Below, one piece after another: positions 7,881 through 15,784 of a DNA stretch of 39,988 bases. The notes beneath the pieces are model-generated. The model was not told where the DNA came from and ran no database searches. It saw only the letters and a program-made list of their open reading frames with translations. The position numbers were made by a program, and so were the translations under genes. Origin of the DNA: a virus (Duplodnaviria; Caudoviricetes); the IMG/VR virus record IMGVR_UViG_3300017658_000008, positions 1 to 39,988 of that record; one strand, 5' to 3'. Numbering within the stretch: the first letter of the stretch is position 1; every line of letters starts with the position of its first letter.

Positions 7881-8111
7881 ATGTTGACAAATCGGAATCT
7901 AGAGAACGTTCAAGGCGAAATCAAGGAAATCGCCTTCGTCGGGAATGGAATTTGCACCACTATTGGAGTGACCCGCGACGACATCCGCGCGGCCGTCATT
8001 CTGCACTTGATTTGCCGCGCTGCGGGCATTGACGCCTCCGAAGTCCAATTCGGCATGTCGGCATCCGACAAAACCTATGCCGAGGCAATTGCGAACGAGG
8101 TGCCGCTATGA
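7881..8111 (+). CDS. Hypothetical protein
   Basis: GGAG RBS; ATGA-coupled to the replication gene. Confidence 0.55.
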   Translation: MLTNRNLENVQGEIKEIAFVGNGICTTIGVTRDDIRAAVILHLICRAAGIDASEVQFGMSASDKTYAEAIANEVPL

Positions 8112-8800
8112 GCAGCGTCGCCGAATTCCTCGCCACCCCGCAATCCGACCGGACCGCGCTCGCGCAACTGGTCGCCATTCACATCGCAAATGGAGTCTCT
8201 GCAACTCGCGACTTGGCCCGCCTCACCGGCTACTCCGAAAGAGCTGTCCTGAAGGCTAAGAAAGAACTCGGGTGCGGAACTATAGTGCGGAACCCCGGTG
8301 CGGATGCGCACCCCGGTGCGGAACTCGGGTGCGGATCGGAACCCGAGTGCGGAACCCCGGTGCGTTCCTCGCGTGCGCCTATACGCGCGTGTTTAGAAAC
8401 CCCTTCGGGGTTAGATTCTACCCTAGAAGTTTTAGATTCCCCCTCTTCGGTCCCCCCCAAGCGGAAAGCAGCGCCTCGCGGTGCTCGGCTTTCGGCAGAC
8501 TGGACGCTGCCTGATGACTGGCAGCAGTGGGCGCGGATCAACTTCGCGCATGCCTCGGACGCCATGGTCGCGCTGGAAGCCGACAAGTTCCGCGATTTCT
8601 GGTGCTCGAAGGCCGGGCAGAGCGCTTGCAAGCTCGACTGGGAAGCCACCTGGCGCAACTGGTGCCGAACGGCCTTCGCGGCAGTGCCCGGCAAGCAGCC
8701 GGTGAACTGGGGCCGGGCTTCCTGGGACGAGCAACGTGCCGCGAAGCACGAACAGACACGGGCGCTGCTGGCGAGCCTAGAAACCATGGGGGCCGCGTGA
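8108..8800 (+). CDS. Phage replication initiator (N-terminal HTH, DnaT-like C-terminus)
   Basis: ATRDLARLTGYSERAV HTH; W.LPDDW..WA...EADKFRDFW...KLDWEATWRNW; internal iterons. Confidence 0.8.
   Translation: MSSVAEFLATPQSDRTALAQLVAIHIANGVSATRDLARLTGYSERAVLKAKKELGCGTIVRNPGADAHPGAELGCGSEPECGTPVRSSRAPIRACLETPSGLDSTLEVLDSPSSVPPKRKAAPRGARLSADWTLPDDWQQWARINFAHASDAMVALEADKFRDFWCSKAGQSACKLDWEATWRNWCRTAFAAVPGKQPVNWGRASWDEQRAAKHEQTRALLASLETMGAA
8264..8368. repeat. Replication origin iterons
   Basis: About 7 copies of a 13-bp unit GAACNNNNGTGCG inside the initiator gene, followed by a more AT-rich tract (8391-8440). Confidence 0.75.
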
Positions 8801-9423
8801 TGAGCAACGCCCTGCTCGGTCGGCTGTGCATCGTCTTCGGCCAGCCTGACAGCCATGATCCGGCGGCTTACCTCGCCGAGGTGGCGAAGATGATCGCCAA
8901 GTACCCGCCGAATATCCTCGAAAAGGCCGGCGATCTCATCCTGCGCACGCACCGCGGCAAGGGGTTCCCGAAGCCCAATGACATCGTGACCGCTTGCGAG
9001 GATTCCCTTCCCGATCCAGCAAACGTCATCGAGCGCGTGCGCAGGGCGGAGTTCGAGGCCGCGTGTTTCGTCTGCGCCATGGAACACAACGCGAAAACCG
9101 GCAAGCGCGAGCCGATAGGGTTCGCGTTCTCGCAGCGATTCCGCAGCCATCCGTGGGTCGAGCAGTCGGAGCGCGAGGGCTGGGCGAACGAACTGCGCGG
9201 GCACCTGCGCCAAGTGGTCAAGGGCTGCGTGCTGGCTGAAAAGCCGTACGGCGACATCAACGAACTGATGCCGGACAAGTCCTGGGTGGAGGCGGCGCGC
9301 ACGCAGGCCAAGCGCTATGCAGAAGCGAAAGCGTGGCGCGACAAGGTCACCACCGAGCACGGCTCCGTCGAAGCATTCTTGTTGAAGTTCAAACCCAAGA
9401 GCATGTTCGAGGGGCGGAGATGA
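8800..9423 (+). CDS. Replication partner (helicase loader-like)
   Basis: Directly follows the initiator; L..YP...L......L......FPKPNDI...C pattern. Confidence 0.55.
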   Translation: MSNALLGRLCIVFGQPDSHDPAAYLAEVAKMIAKYPPNILEKAGDLILRTHRGKGFPKPNDIVTACEDSLPDPANVIERVRRAEFEAACFVCAMEHNAKTGKREPIGFAFSQRFRSHPWVEQSEREGWANELRGHLRQVVKGCVLAEKPYGDINELMPDKSWVEAARTQAKRYAEAKAWRDKVTTEHGSVEAFLLKFKPKSMFEGRR

Positions 9424-9563
9424 ACCCCTCCCTCGCCATCCTCGCCATATGGGCCGCCTTCATTGCTGGCTTCCATTTCGCCAAGTGGGACAGCGCGCAC
9501 GGCTACAGGGTCGGATATGCGGCCGGCAACTACGTGCACGCCGTGTGGAAGGGAGAACAATGA
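9420..9563 (+). CDS. Small membrane protein
   Basis: MNPSLAILAIWAAFIAGFHF...; ATGA-coupled. Confidence 0.6.
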   Translation: MNPSLAILAIWAAFIAGFHFAKWDSAHGYRVGYAAGNYVHAVWKGEQ

Positions 9564-9760
9564 ACCCCTCCCTCCCAGCCCTCTGCCGCGAGCTTCTTTG
9601 CCAAGGCTGGGACACCATCAGAATAGCTGCGTACCTCGGTAAGCGTGAAAGCACCATCTACAACGCTCTAGCCGAAAGGAACGCCTCCCATGACGCTCGC
9701 CGAGCACTTCCCAAGGCCAAGGATAAAGCGCAAGCCATTCCGCAATCTGCACGGATTTGA
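9560..9760 (+). CDS. Small HTH protein
   Basis: GWDTIRIAAYLGKRESTIYNAL HTH motif. Confidence 0.6.
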   Translation: MNPSLPALCRELLCQGWDTIRIAAYLGKRESTIYNALAERNASHDARRALPKAKDKAQAIPQSARI

Positions 9761-10343
9761 CCGCGCCCGCGTCCTGGCAGCGGCGGAGAAGGGTACCGTC
9801 AACCTCAAGCTCTCCGGCGACACCTTGCGCTGGTACATCCTCCGGGTGGAGCCGCAGAAGGAGTTCGCCGCCGTCGAGATCATCGACAAGCGCGGCGGCA
9901 TGGCGTTCGTGCCGGTGGAGGAAAAGTTTCCCCGTCTCCGGCGCGGCTCCTGGAAGCGCGACAAGCGCGCCGCGCCCAAGCGCTACCCGATCTTCCCCGG
10001 CTACGTGTTCGCCGGCTTCAACGGCGTGGTGCCGCTCTACCAGCTCGCCCGGCTCTATGTCGTCAAGGGCGTCGTCGGCTTCGAGGGCAAGCCGTACGAG
10101 GTGCCGGCCGCGATCATCGAGGGCATGCAGAAGCTTTCCGGCCAGACCTTGCGCCGGCGCTCGACGCCCAACCCGCACAAGAGCTTCGACGTCGGCGAGA
10201 CGGTGGAGATCACCGGCGGCCCGTTCGAAGGCTGGTCGCTACCCATCGTCGGCATCTCGGGAAAGATGGCCGAGTTCATGGTACAGTTCATGGGCAAAGA
10301 GCAGAAGGTGAAGGTGCCGTTGAGCTTTCTGGAGGCCGCGTGA
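9690..10343 (+). CDS. NusG-family transcription antiterminator (late regulator)
   Basis: WYILRVEPQKE, PIFPGYVF and C-terminal KOW (FDVGETVEITGGPFEG); sits in the Q position. Confidence 0.88.
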   Translation: MTLAEHFPRPRIKRKPFRNLHGFDRARVLAAAEKGTVNLKLSGDTLRWYILRVEPQKEFAAVEIIDKRGGMAFVPVEEKFPRLRRGSWKRDKRAAPKRYPIFPGYVFAGFNGVVPLYQLARLYVVKGVVGFEGKPYEVPAAIIEGMQKLSGQTLRRRSTPNPHKSFDVGETVEITGGPFEGWSLPIVGISGKMAEFMVQFMGKEQKVKVPLSFLEAA

Positions 10344-10525
10344 CACATCGGCCTCCGAAGCGGTATCCATGGCAGCGCTGCAAAGAATGTGGCAGCCCTT
10401 TTTGGCCTCATAGTTGCCCAGCTATTTACGCGGCTATGCGGGATGCCCTGGAGAAATTGGAGAGCGGAGATCTGAACCCGCTCGATTGGTATGAGTCTTC
10501 CGAGGCACACTCACAGGATAAATAG
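10340..10525 (+). CDS. Small Cys-containing hypothetical protein
   Basis: GTGA-coupled; CKECG motif. Confidence 0.45.
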   Translation: MTHRPPKRYPWQRCKECGSPFWPHSCPAIYAAMRDALEKLESGDLNPLDWYESSEAHSQDK

Positions 10526-10714
10526 CGCGTCATTCCCTTCGCCCCATTGCAACGCGCCCGCGCGCGCGATAGCCCTGAGTTCTCAATGGTGTTGATCTGC
10601 CGCTTGCGCCAATAGAGCCGTGCGAGGATCACCCAGCCGAAGGCTGCAGTAGATCGTAGCAGCGCCTTTTCGGTCGCATCCGAAATTATGTCTGCTCAAG
10701 ACCTCATCCGAGGC

Positions 10715-10746
10715 CGCCCGGATTGATCCCCGGGCGTTTTCATTTC
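10715..10746 (+). terminator. Terminator in the late leader (tR'-like)
   Basis: GCCCGG-ATTGATCC-CCGGGC followed by GTTTTCATTT. Confidence 0.55.
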
Positions 10747-10814
10747 CCGGCCGCGCGGCCTTGAGCGCAGGCGACGGGCTCGATAGCCCGAGCCGTCAAC
10801 ACCAAAGGAATCCG

Positions 10815-10973
10815 ATGTCAGCCAACCAGCTCTACGCCGAGCTCCGCAGGATATTGTCCTACGTCGGCTTCTTCCTCGTCTGCATCGCCCTGCTGAAATA
10901 CCTCGGCGTCGATATCAAGCAGGTGCCGGGCAACTATTGGGAAATTGCCATCCTCGGACTGGCCTTGAAGTGA
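10815..10973 (+). CDS. Small two-TM membrane protein
   Basis: AAGGA RBS; MSANQLYAELRRILSYVGFFLVCIALL... Confidence 0.65.
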   Translation: MSANQLYAELRRILSYVGFFLVCIALLKYLGVDIKQVPGNYWEIAILGLALK

Positions 10974-11170
10974 CCGAGGAAGAGAAGCACGCCGCACGCA
11001 TCAAGGTCGTCGGCACCAACCTCTTCCACTGCCTCGACATGGCCGAGCGCTACACGCGCTATGTCTGCGACATGCACCGACGGCATGCGGACGATCCGGT
11101 GTTCAAGGCATGGCTGCGCGACATGGGGCTGACGGACCGGCTGAGCAAGTTCATCGAAAGGAACGGGTGA
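10970..11170 (+). CDS. Hypothetical protein
   Basis: GTGA-coupled MTEEEKHAARIKVV... Confidence 0.6.
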   Translation: MTEEEKHAARIKVVGTNLFHCLDMAERYTRYVCDMHRRHADDPVFKAWLRDMGLTDRLSKFIERNG

Positions 11171-11188
11171 AGAAAGGCCAAGAGTTCA

Positions 11189-11422
11189 ATGAACATTGAT
11201 AGTCTAAACACTGCTGGTGCTCTTGCACTCCGTGACGCTATAGAGCGTGCGATCAAGAACCTCGAAGATGAAATCAAGCGGGAGCCACCTAAAGGGCTGC
11301 GGCCGTCAGCGGAACAATATTTTGACCACCAGCACGCCGAGCAGCTAGACGCCATTGCTCAGTTACGCCGCTTGCGGGCAGCGGCGCACAAGCGCGTGTT
11401 TGATTCTCAAGCTGACAAGTGA
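11189..11422 (+). CDS. Hypothetical protein (apparent insertion)
   Basis: 77-aa ORF flanked by a GTGAAGAAAGGCC direct repeat. Confidence 0.55.
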   Translation: MNIDSLNTAGALALRDAIERAIKNLEDEIKREPPKGLRPSAEQYFDHQHAEQLDAIAQLRRLRAAAHKRVFDSQADK

Positions 11423-11432
11423 AGAAAGGCCC

Positions 11433-12143
11433 ATGACCCGTATCGCCATCGTCGGCCTCGGTCCGTCGTCTCTCGACTACATCACCACTGCCGAATCCCA
11501 GGGCGATAAGTCGAAAACCTTCGACGAAGTATGGGTGGTCAACTCCTTCGCCTCCGTCCTGCGCGCCGACATGGTTTTCCACATGGACGACCTCAAGGTG
11601 CAGGAGGGGCGCGCTGCCGCCGAGCCGAACGGCAAGATCGCCGCCATGCTGGAAAGCCTCAAGGCGAGCGACGTGCCGGTGATGACCTCGCGCGCCTACC
11701 CTGACTATCCGGCCGCCGTCGCCTTCCCGCTGGAGAAGGTCGTCAACAAGCTGGGTGCGATGTACTTCACCTCCACCCCGGCTTACGCGCTCGCTTATGC
11801 GCTGTACCGGGAAGCGAAGGAAATCAGCCTCTATGGGCTCGACTACACCTGGCCGAACGCGCACGAGGCCGAGGAAGGCCGGGCCGCCTGCGAGTTCTGG
11901 ATCGGCCAAGGCATGGCGCGCGGCGTCGTCTACCACATCGGCAAGTCGTCGACGCTGATGTGCACGCGCGAGCCGGCGCAACATCGCCTCTATGGCTATG
12001 ACAGCCAGGAGTTCGTCGGTCTCAGGGCCGATGGCAACGTGGTGCGCATCGACTTCAAGGATCGCAAAACCCTGCCGACAGCGGCCGAGATGGAAGCCCG
12101 TTACGATCATTCCAAGCCGCGCAACGTGGAACCACGCTCATGA
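11433..12143 (+). CDS. Sialyltransferase/Maf/MptE-like Rossmann-fold (putative glycosyl)transferase
   Basis: RIAIVGLGPS, DEVWVVN, D.VFHMD, FTST.AYALAYA, KEISLYGLDY motifs. Confidence 0.65.
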   Translation: MTRIAIVGLGPSSLDYITTAESQGDKSKTFDEVWVVNSFASVLRADMVFHMDDLKVQEGRAAAEPNGKIAAMLESLKASDVPVMTSRAYPDYPAAVAFPLEKVVNKLGAMYFTSTPAYALAYALYREAKEISLYGLDYTWPNAHEAEEGRAACEFWIGQGMARGVVYHIGKSSTLMCTREPAQHRLYGYDSQEFVGLRADGNVVRIDFKDRKTLPTAAEMEARYDHSKPRNVEPRS

Positions 12144-12568
12144 GCAAAGGCAATACCTTCGAGAACGACCTCGTGAAGATGATCTTCCAGGCGAAGGCGA
12201 TCTCCAACCTGTGCGACAACGCCGCCTCCAGCCCGCTGAGCAATTTGTGGGTCAGCCTGCACACCTCCGACCCCGGAGAGGCCGGCTCGCAGACGACGAA
12301 CGAGACGAGCTATGGCGCCTATGCCAGGAAGAGCGTGGCGCGCACCTCGGCCGGCTGGACGGTGACCAACAATTCGGTTTCGCCCGGCGCCGACATCACC
12401 TTCAACCAGTGCACCTCGGGCACAGCGACGATCACCCATGCGGCGGTGGGCTCCGCGTCGAGCGGCACGGGCAAGCTGCTATACTCGGGCGCCATCAGCC
12501 CCAACATCTCGGTATCCGCTGGCGTCACCCCGCGCCTCACCACGGCGACCGCCATCACGGAGGACTGA
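12140..12568 (+). CDS. Virion structural/fibre-associated protein
   Basis: LWVSLHTSDPG...E.SYGAYAR..V...ADITF...TITH.AVG...G.LLYSG, typical of a phage minor tail family. Confidence 0.7.
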   Translation: MSKGNTFENDLVKMIFQAKAISNLCDNAASSPLSNLWVSLHTSDPGEAGSQTTNETSYGAYARKSVARTSAGWTVTNNSVSPGADITFNQCTSGTATITHAAVGSASSGTGKLLYSGAISPNISVSAGVTPRLTTATAITED

Positions 12569-12616
12569 TCTCTATCCTGCGAATGAATAGTCGCGGCGCC
12601 TGAAGGGAGGCACGAG

Positions 12617-14623
12617 ATGCCCGACTATTCGTTCACGATGACGGCGGGTGATTTTGTTGGCGCCCTCCAAGGGTACGGCGGCGCCAGCAGTCCTTTTGGG
12701 CCGTTCGGGGCGATTGACGCTGAGCCCATATCCGGGCAGACGCTGCAGTTGCTGTTTACCGGCGTTGGGTCGGGTGGCGGTGCAATAGTCTTCGACGGCG
12801 ACGTGGAGAGTCTTGTCGCCGGCAAAACGCTGTGGGTGGATGGTACGGAGTATCCATTCGCCGTGGATTGGCAGACCGACGGTGACGCTACTTCTGGCGT
12901 GTGGGATGACGGCTCTGGCTATCCAACTTTCACCGACGGCAACTCCTACTTCATCGAGATCAAGTCTCCTGGCGGCGGCCCGACCTATGGTGACGGCGCT
13001 CTAGCGTCTTCCGGGTCTGGTGCTCTCTCCGGTGTTGCCCGGGCGACGGCCGCGGCGGCGCTTTCAGCTTCCGGCGCCGCCTCTGCGTCCTTCCGGCCGG
13101 AAGCCGCCGGTACGCTCTCCGCATCGGGCAGCGGCGCTCTATCGGCTGTTGGCGCTTCTCACGCTGCGGCAGCATTCGCGGCCGCCGGCGCCTCCGATCT
13201 CGCCGGCGTTGGCGCCTACGCAGCCGTGGTTTCGGCGGCGCTGTCGTCTGATGGTGCCGGTGCTCTGGCCGGCGCAGGAGCTTCGCTCGCCCTCGCAGCG
13301 GTAAGCAGCGGCGGGCAAGGTGCCGCCAGCTTCGCCGCCAAGTACTACTCGACGCCCGTTCTACTCGCTGCGCAAGGGCGCAACGTGGCCCGCTCAGGCG
13401 GCACGGATTGGACCAATCCCGGCAATGTCACCGCCGAGGATGCCACCAACGCTACGCGCTCGCTCGTCAATTCATCGAGCAACTGGCTGGTCGCCGATAC
13501 CTTCGGGCTAGCGTCATATCTGCCATCGAACCTCGAAGCCATCGTCGGCATCGAGGTGACGGTCAAGGCGTCGGAGACGCTCTCGGACGCGGTGTTGACG
13601 CAAGTCAACGTCGGCAAGGGCGATTCGACCCTAGCCACGGCCAAGGGGCCGCAAGACCTCACGACCACGCTGACGAACTATGTGTTCGGGGGCGTGGGGG
13701 ATACCTGGGGCCTGTCCTGGTCGCGCAGCGATGTTGTCGCCTCGACCTTCCAGGCGAGGCTCTACGCCAGCGCCTCCAGCGTTGCACAGGCCAATGTCGA
13801 TGCCATTAAGGTCCGCGTCCATTACCAGCTAACGCAAGACACGACCGCGGCATTCGCGGCATCAGGGACCGGCGATCTGCAAGCTGCCGGCGCCTCTATC
13901 GCCGCTGCCGCGCTCACGTCTTCCGGTGCTGCAACTCTCGCTGCTGTCGGCGGCACGGTCAGCCCGGCTGTGTTGACGGCAGCCGGCAGTTCAGATCTCG
14001 CCGCCACGGCGGCGCCCTTCTTCAGTGCTACGCTCACCGCTGCGGGTGCAGGCAGTCTCTCTGCGCTGAGCAGCGCCGGTGCCGGGGGCGTCCTTGCGGC
14101 GGCAGGTGTTGCCACATGCGACTTCCGCCCCGCCGCTCTGGCAGCAGCAACGCTGACCTCAGCTGGCGCCGGCGCGTTCGATGCCAAGTCGGGCTCGGTC
14201 ATTACCGCAGCCCTGGCGGCTGGCGGCGTATCGACCGGGACGTTCGTTGCCCAGGTGGCGTTGCAGGCCCAGGGGCAAGGCATTGCGACGTTTGCTGGCG
14301 CGCCTCTTTGCAACGCCGCGTTGGTCGCAAGTGGCATCGGCGCAATAACCGCCGTTGGCGCTTCTGTTGCTCCGGCGCAGCTTTTATCAGCCGGCGTTGG
14401 CTCAATGACAGCGGACGCACGCCTGTTCGCTACCGGTGTTCTAGCGGTAGCCGGCTGGTCATCGTTTGTGGGTGTCATCGAGCTTGTACCCGACGATGAA
14501 TTTGCTGCCTCTCGTATCCGCGGCAGGCGCAGCGAAATAAGCCGCGTGGCGGCAGTCCGCACCGAGAGGGTGTTAACCGCTGCCCGGCTTGAACCAAGGC
14601 CAACCAGGGTGCGCATGCAATGA
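12617..14623 (+). CDS. Long Ala/Gly/Ser/Thr-repeat fibre-like virion protein
   Basis: Many [AS]xG.G.L.A repeats around a globular insert (WTNPGN...FGG..DTWG). Confidence 0.7.
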   Translation: MPDYSFTMTAGDFVGALQGYGGASSPFGPFGAIDAEPISGQTLQLLFTGVGSGGGAIVFDGDVESLVAGKTLWVDGTEYPFAVDWQTDGDATSGVWDDGSGYPTFTDGNSYFIEIKSPGGGPTYGDGALASSGSGALSGVARATAAAALSASGAASASFRPEAAGTLSASGSGALSAVGASHAAAAFAAAGASDLAGVGAYAAVVSAALSSDGAGALAGAGASLALAAVSSGGQGAASFAAKYYSTPVLLAAQGRNVARSGGTDWTNPGNVTAEDATNATRSLVNSSSNWLVADTFGLASYLPSNLEAIVGIEVTVKASETLSDAVLTQVNVGKGDSTLATAKGPQDLTTTLTNYVFGGVGDTWGLSWSRSDVVASTFQARLYASASSVAQANVDAIKVRVHYQLTQDTTAAFAASGTGDLQAAGASIAAAALTSSGAATLAAVGGTVSPAVLTAAGSSDLAATAAPFFSATLTAAGAGSLSALSSAGAGGVLAAAGVATCDFRPAALAAATLTSAGAGAFDAKSGSVITAALAAGGVSTGTFVAQVALQAQGQGIATFAGAPLCNAALVASGIGAITAVGASVAPAQLLSAGVGSMTADARLFATGVLAVAGWSSFVGVIELVPDDEFAASRIRGRRSEISRVAAVRTERVLTAARLEPRPTRVRMQ

Positions 14624-14982
14624 GCATTCAGAATCTCATCGCCGGCGATGCCTTCTACAGGAACAGGACCGCCCGCTTTCCGTTCGAGCTGCGGGAGCCG
14701 GACGGCTCGGTGATGGACCTCACGGGCCTCGGCCTCAAGTTCGGCATTTCGCTCCCTGGATCTCCCAATTCACCGATCGTCACCAAGACGGAGAGCGACG
14801 GCATCGAAGTGCAGGACGCCACTAACGGCAGATGCCTCGTCACCATCCCCGACACGGAGATGACCATGGACGCCCCCGGCACCTACGCCTGGGAGATCAT
14901 GGCCATCTGGCCGAACACCGAGAAGTACACCTACGGCTCGGGCACCTTCCGCCTGCTGCCGAGCATCGATTTGACCTCATGA
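14620..14982 (+). CDS. BppU-N-like Ig-fold structural protein
   Basis: PDGSVMDLTG...GIEVQDATNG...VTI...PGTYAWEI...GTF. Confidence 0.6.
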   Translation: MSIQNLIAGDAFYRNRTARFPFELREPDGSVMDLTGLGLKFGISLPGSPNSPIVTKTESDGIEVQDATNGRCLVTIPDTEMTMDAPGTYAWEIMAIWPNTEKYTYGSGTFRLLPSIDLTS

Positions 14983-15233
14983 GCACCGCCCCAAAGCTAG
15001 CTGAAATCGTCCGGCTTCCACCAGACGCGGACATCATCGAGCATCTTGAGCATCACCTCGAGCAAGCCAAGTCGGGCCGCTACATCGCCTGCGCGGTGGT
15101 AGCGGTCACCACGGACAACGAAGTCGACACAAGCACCCGCACACTAGGGCATGCCAGAACACACCTCCTCGGTGCTATCGAGGTGCTGAAGGCTCGGATG
15201 CTATCTGGGATATTGCGGGGGATGGGAGAGTAG
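14979..15233 (+). CDS. Hypothetical phage protein
   Basis: LEQAKSG...LLGAIEVLK motif; ATGA-coupled. Confidence 0.65.
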   Translation: MSTAPKLAEIVRLPPDADIIEHLEHHLEQAKSGRYIACAVVAVTTDNEVDTSTRTLGHARTHLLGAIEVLKARMLSGILRGMGE

Positions 15234-15235
15234 CA

Positions 15236-15442
15236 ATGCCAGAGACTGACAACGACCCGATGGCCGGCGCCGGCGCAGAGGACACGCGCACCGAGCGCCA
15301 GCGGATGTTCGAGCTATCGAAGGAGCTGCACCACTGGCTGGTTGAGGTCGGCCTCGGCAACGACATCGATCGCGAGGACTGGAAGGCGCTGGAGCAGAAG
15401 GCTCTGGCTCTCAGCCTCTACCTCAAGGAGCAGGCGCAGTGA
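15236..15442 (+). CDS. Hypothetical protein
   Basis: GGAG RBS; 68 aa. Confidence 0.55.
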   Translation: MPETDNDPMAGAGAEDTRTERQRMFELSKELHHWLVEVGLGNDIDREDWKALEQKALALSLYLKEQAQ

Positions 15443-15481
15443 GCGTTTGAATATTTGAATTCAATCAAAGGAAATCAAAGC

Positions 15482-15784
15482 ATGCGTGGTGGAGCCCGTC
15501 AGGGTGCAGGACGCAAGAAAGGCGCGCTGACCAAGCGGACGCAGGAAATCACCGCTGCGGTGCTTAAGGACGGCGTCACTCCACTCGATTACCTGCTCGG
15601 CGTCCTGCGCAACGGGGAGAACGAGAAGGATCGCTTTGCCGCTGCAGTCGCTGCCGCGCCGTATGTTCATCCAAAGCTGGCTTCAATTGAGCACTCCGGC
15701 GAGATGAAGCTGACCCACGAACAGGCCCTCGCCGCATTGGAAGAGGCCGAAGCATCGCTGAACGGCCGTGAGCAGTCTCACTAA
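15482..15784 (+). CDS. terS: Terminase small subunit
   Basis: RGGARQGAGRKKG, TPLDYLL, AAPYVHPKLASIE; directly upstream of terL. Confidence 0.8.
   Translation: MRGGARQGAGRKKGALTKRTQEITAAVLKDGVTPLDYLLGVLRNGENEKDRFAAAVAAAPYVHPKLASIEHSGEMKLTHEQALAALEEAEASLNGREQSH

Noticed and set aside
8264-8368. CRISPR-like or VNTR array
   Set aside because: Short near-tandem 13-bp units inside the initiator gene with no unique spacers; fits iterons
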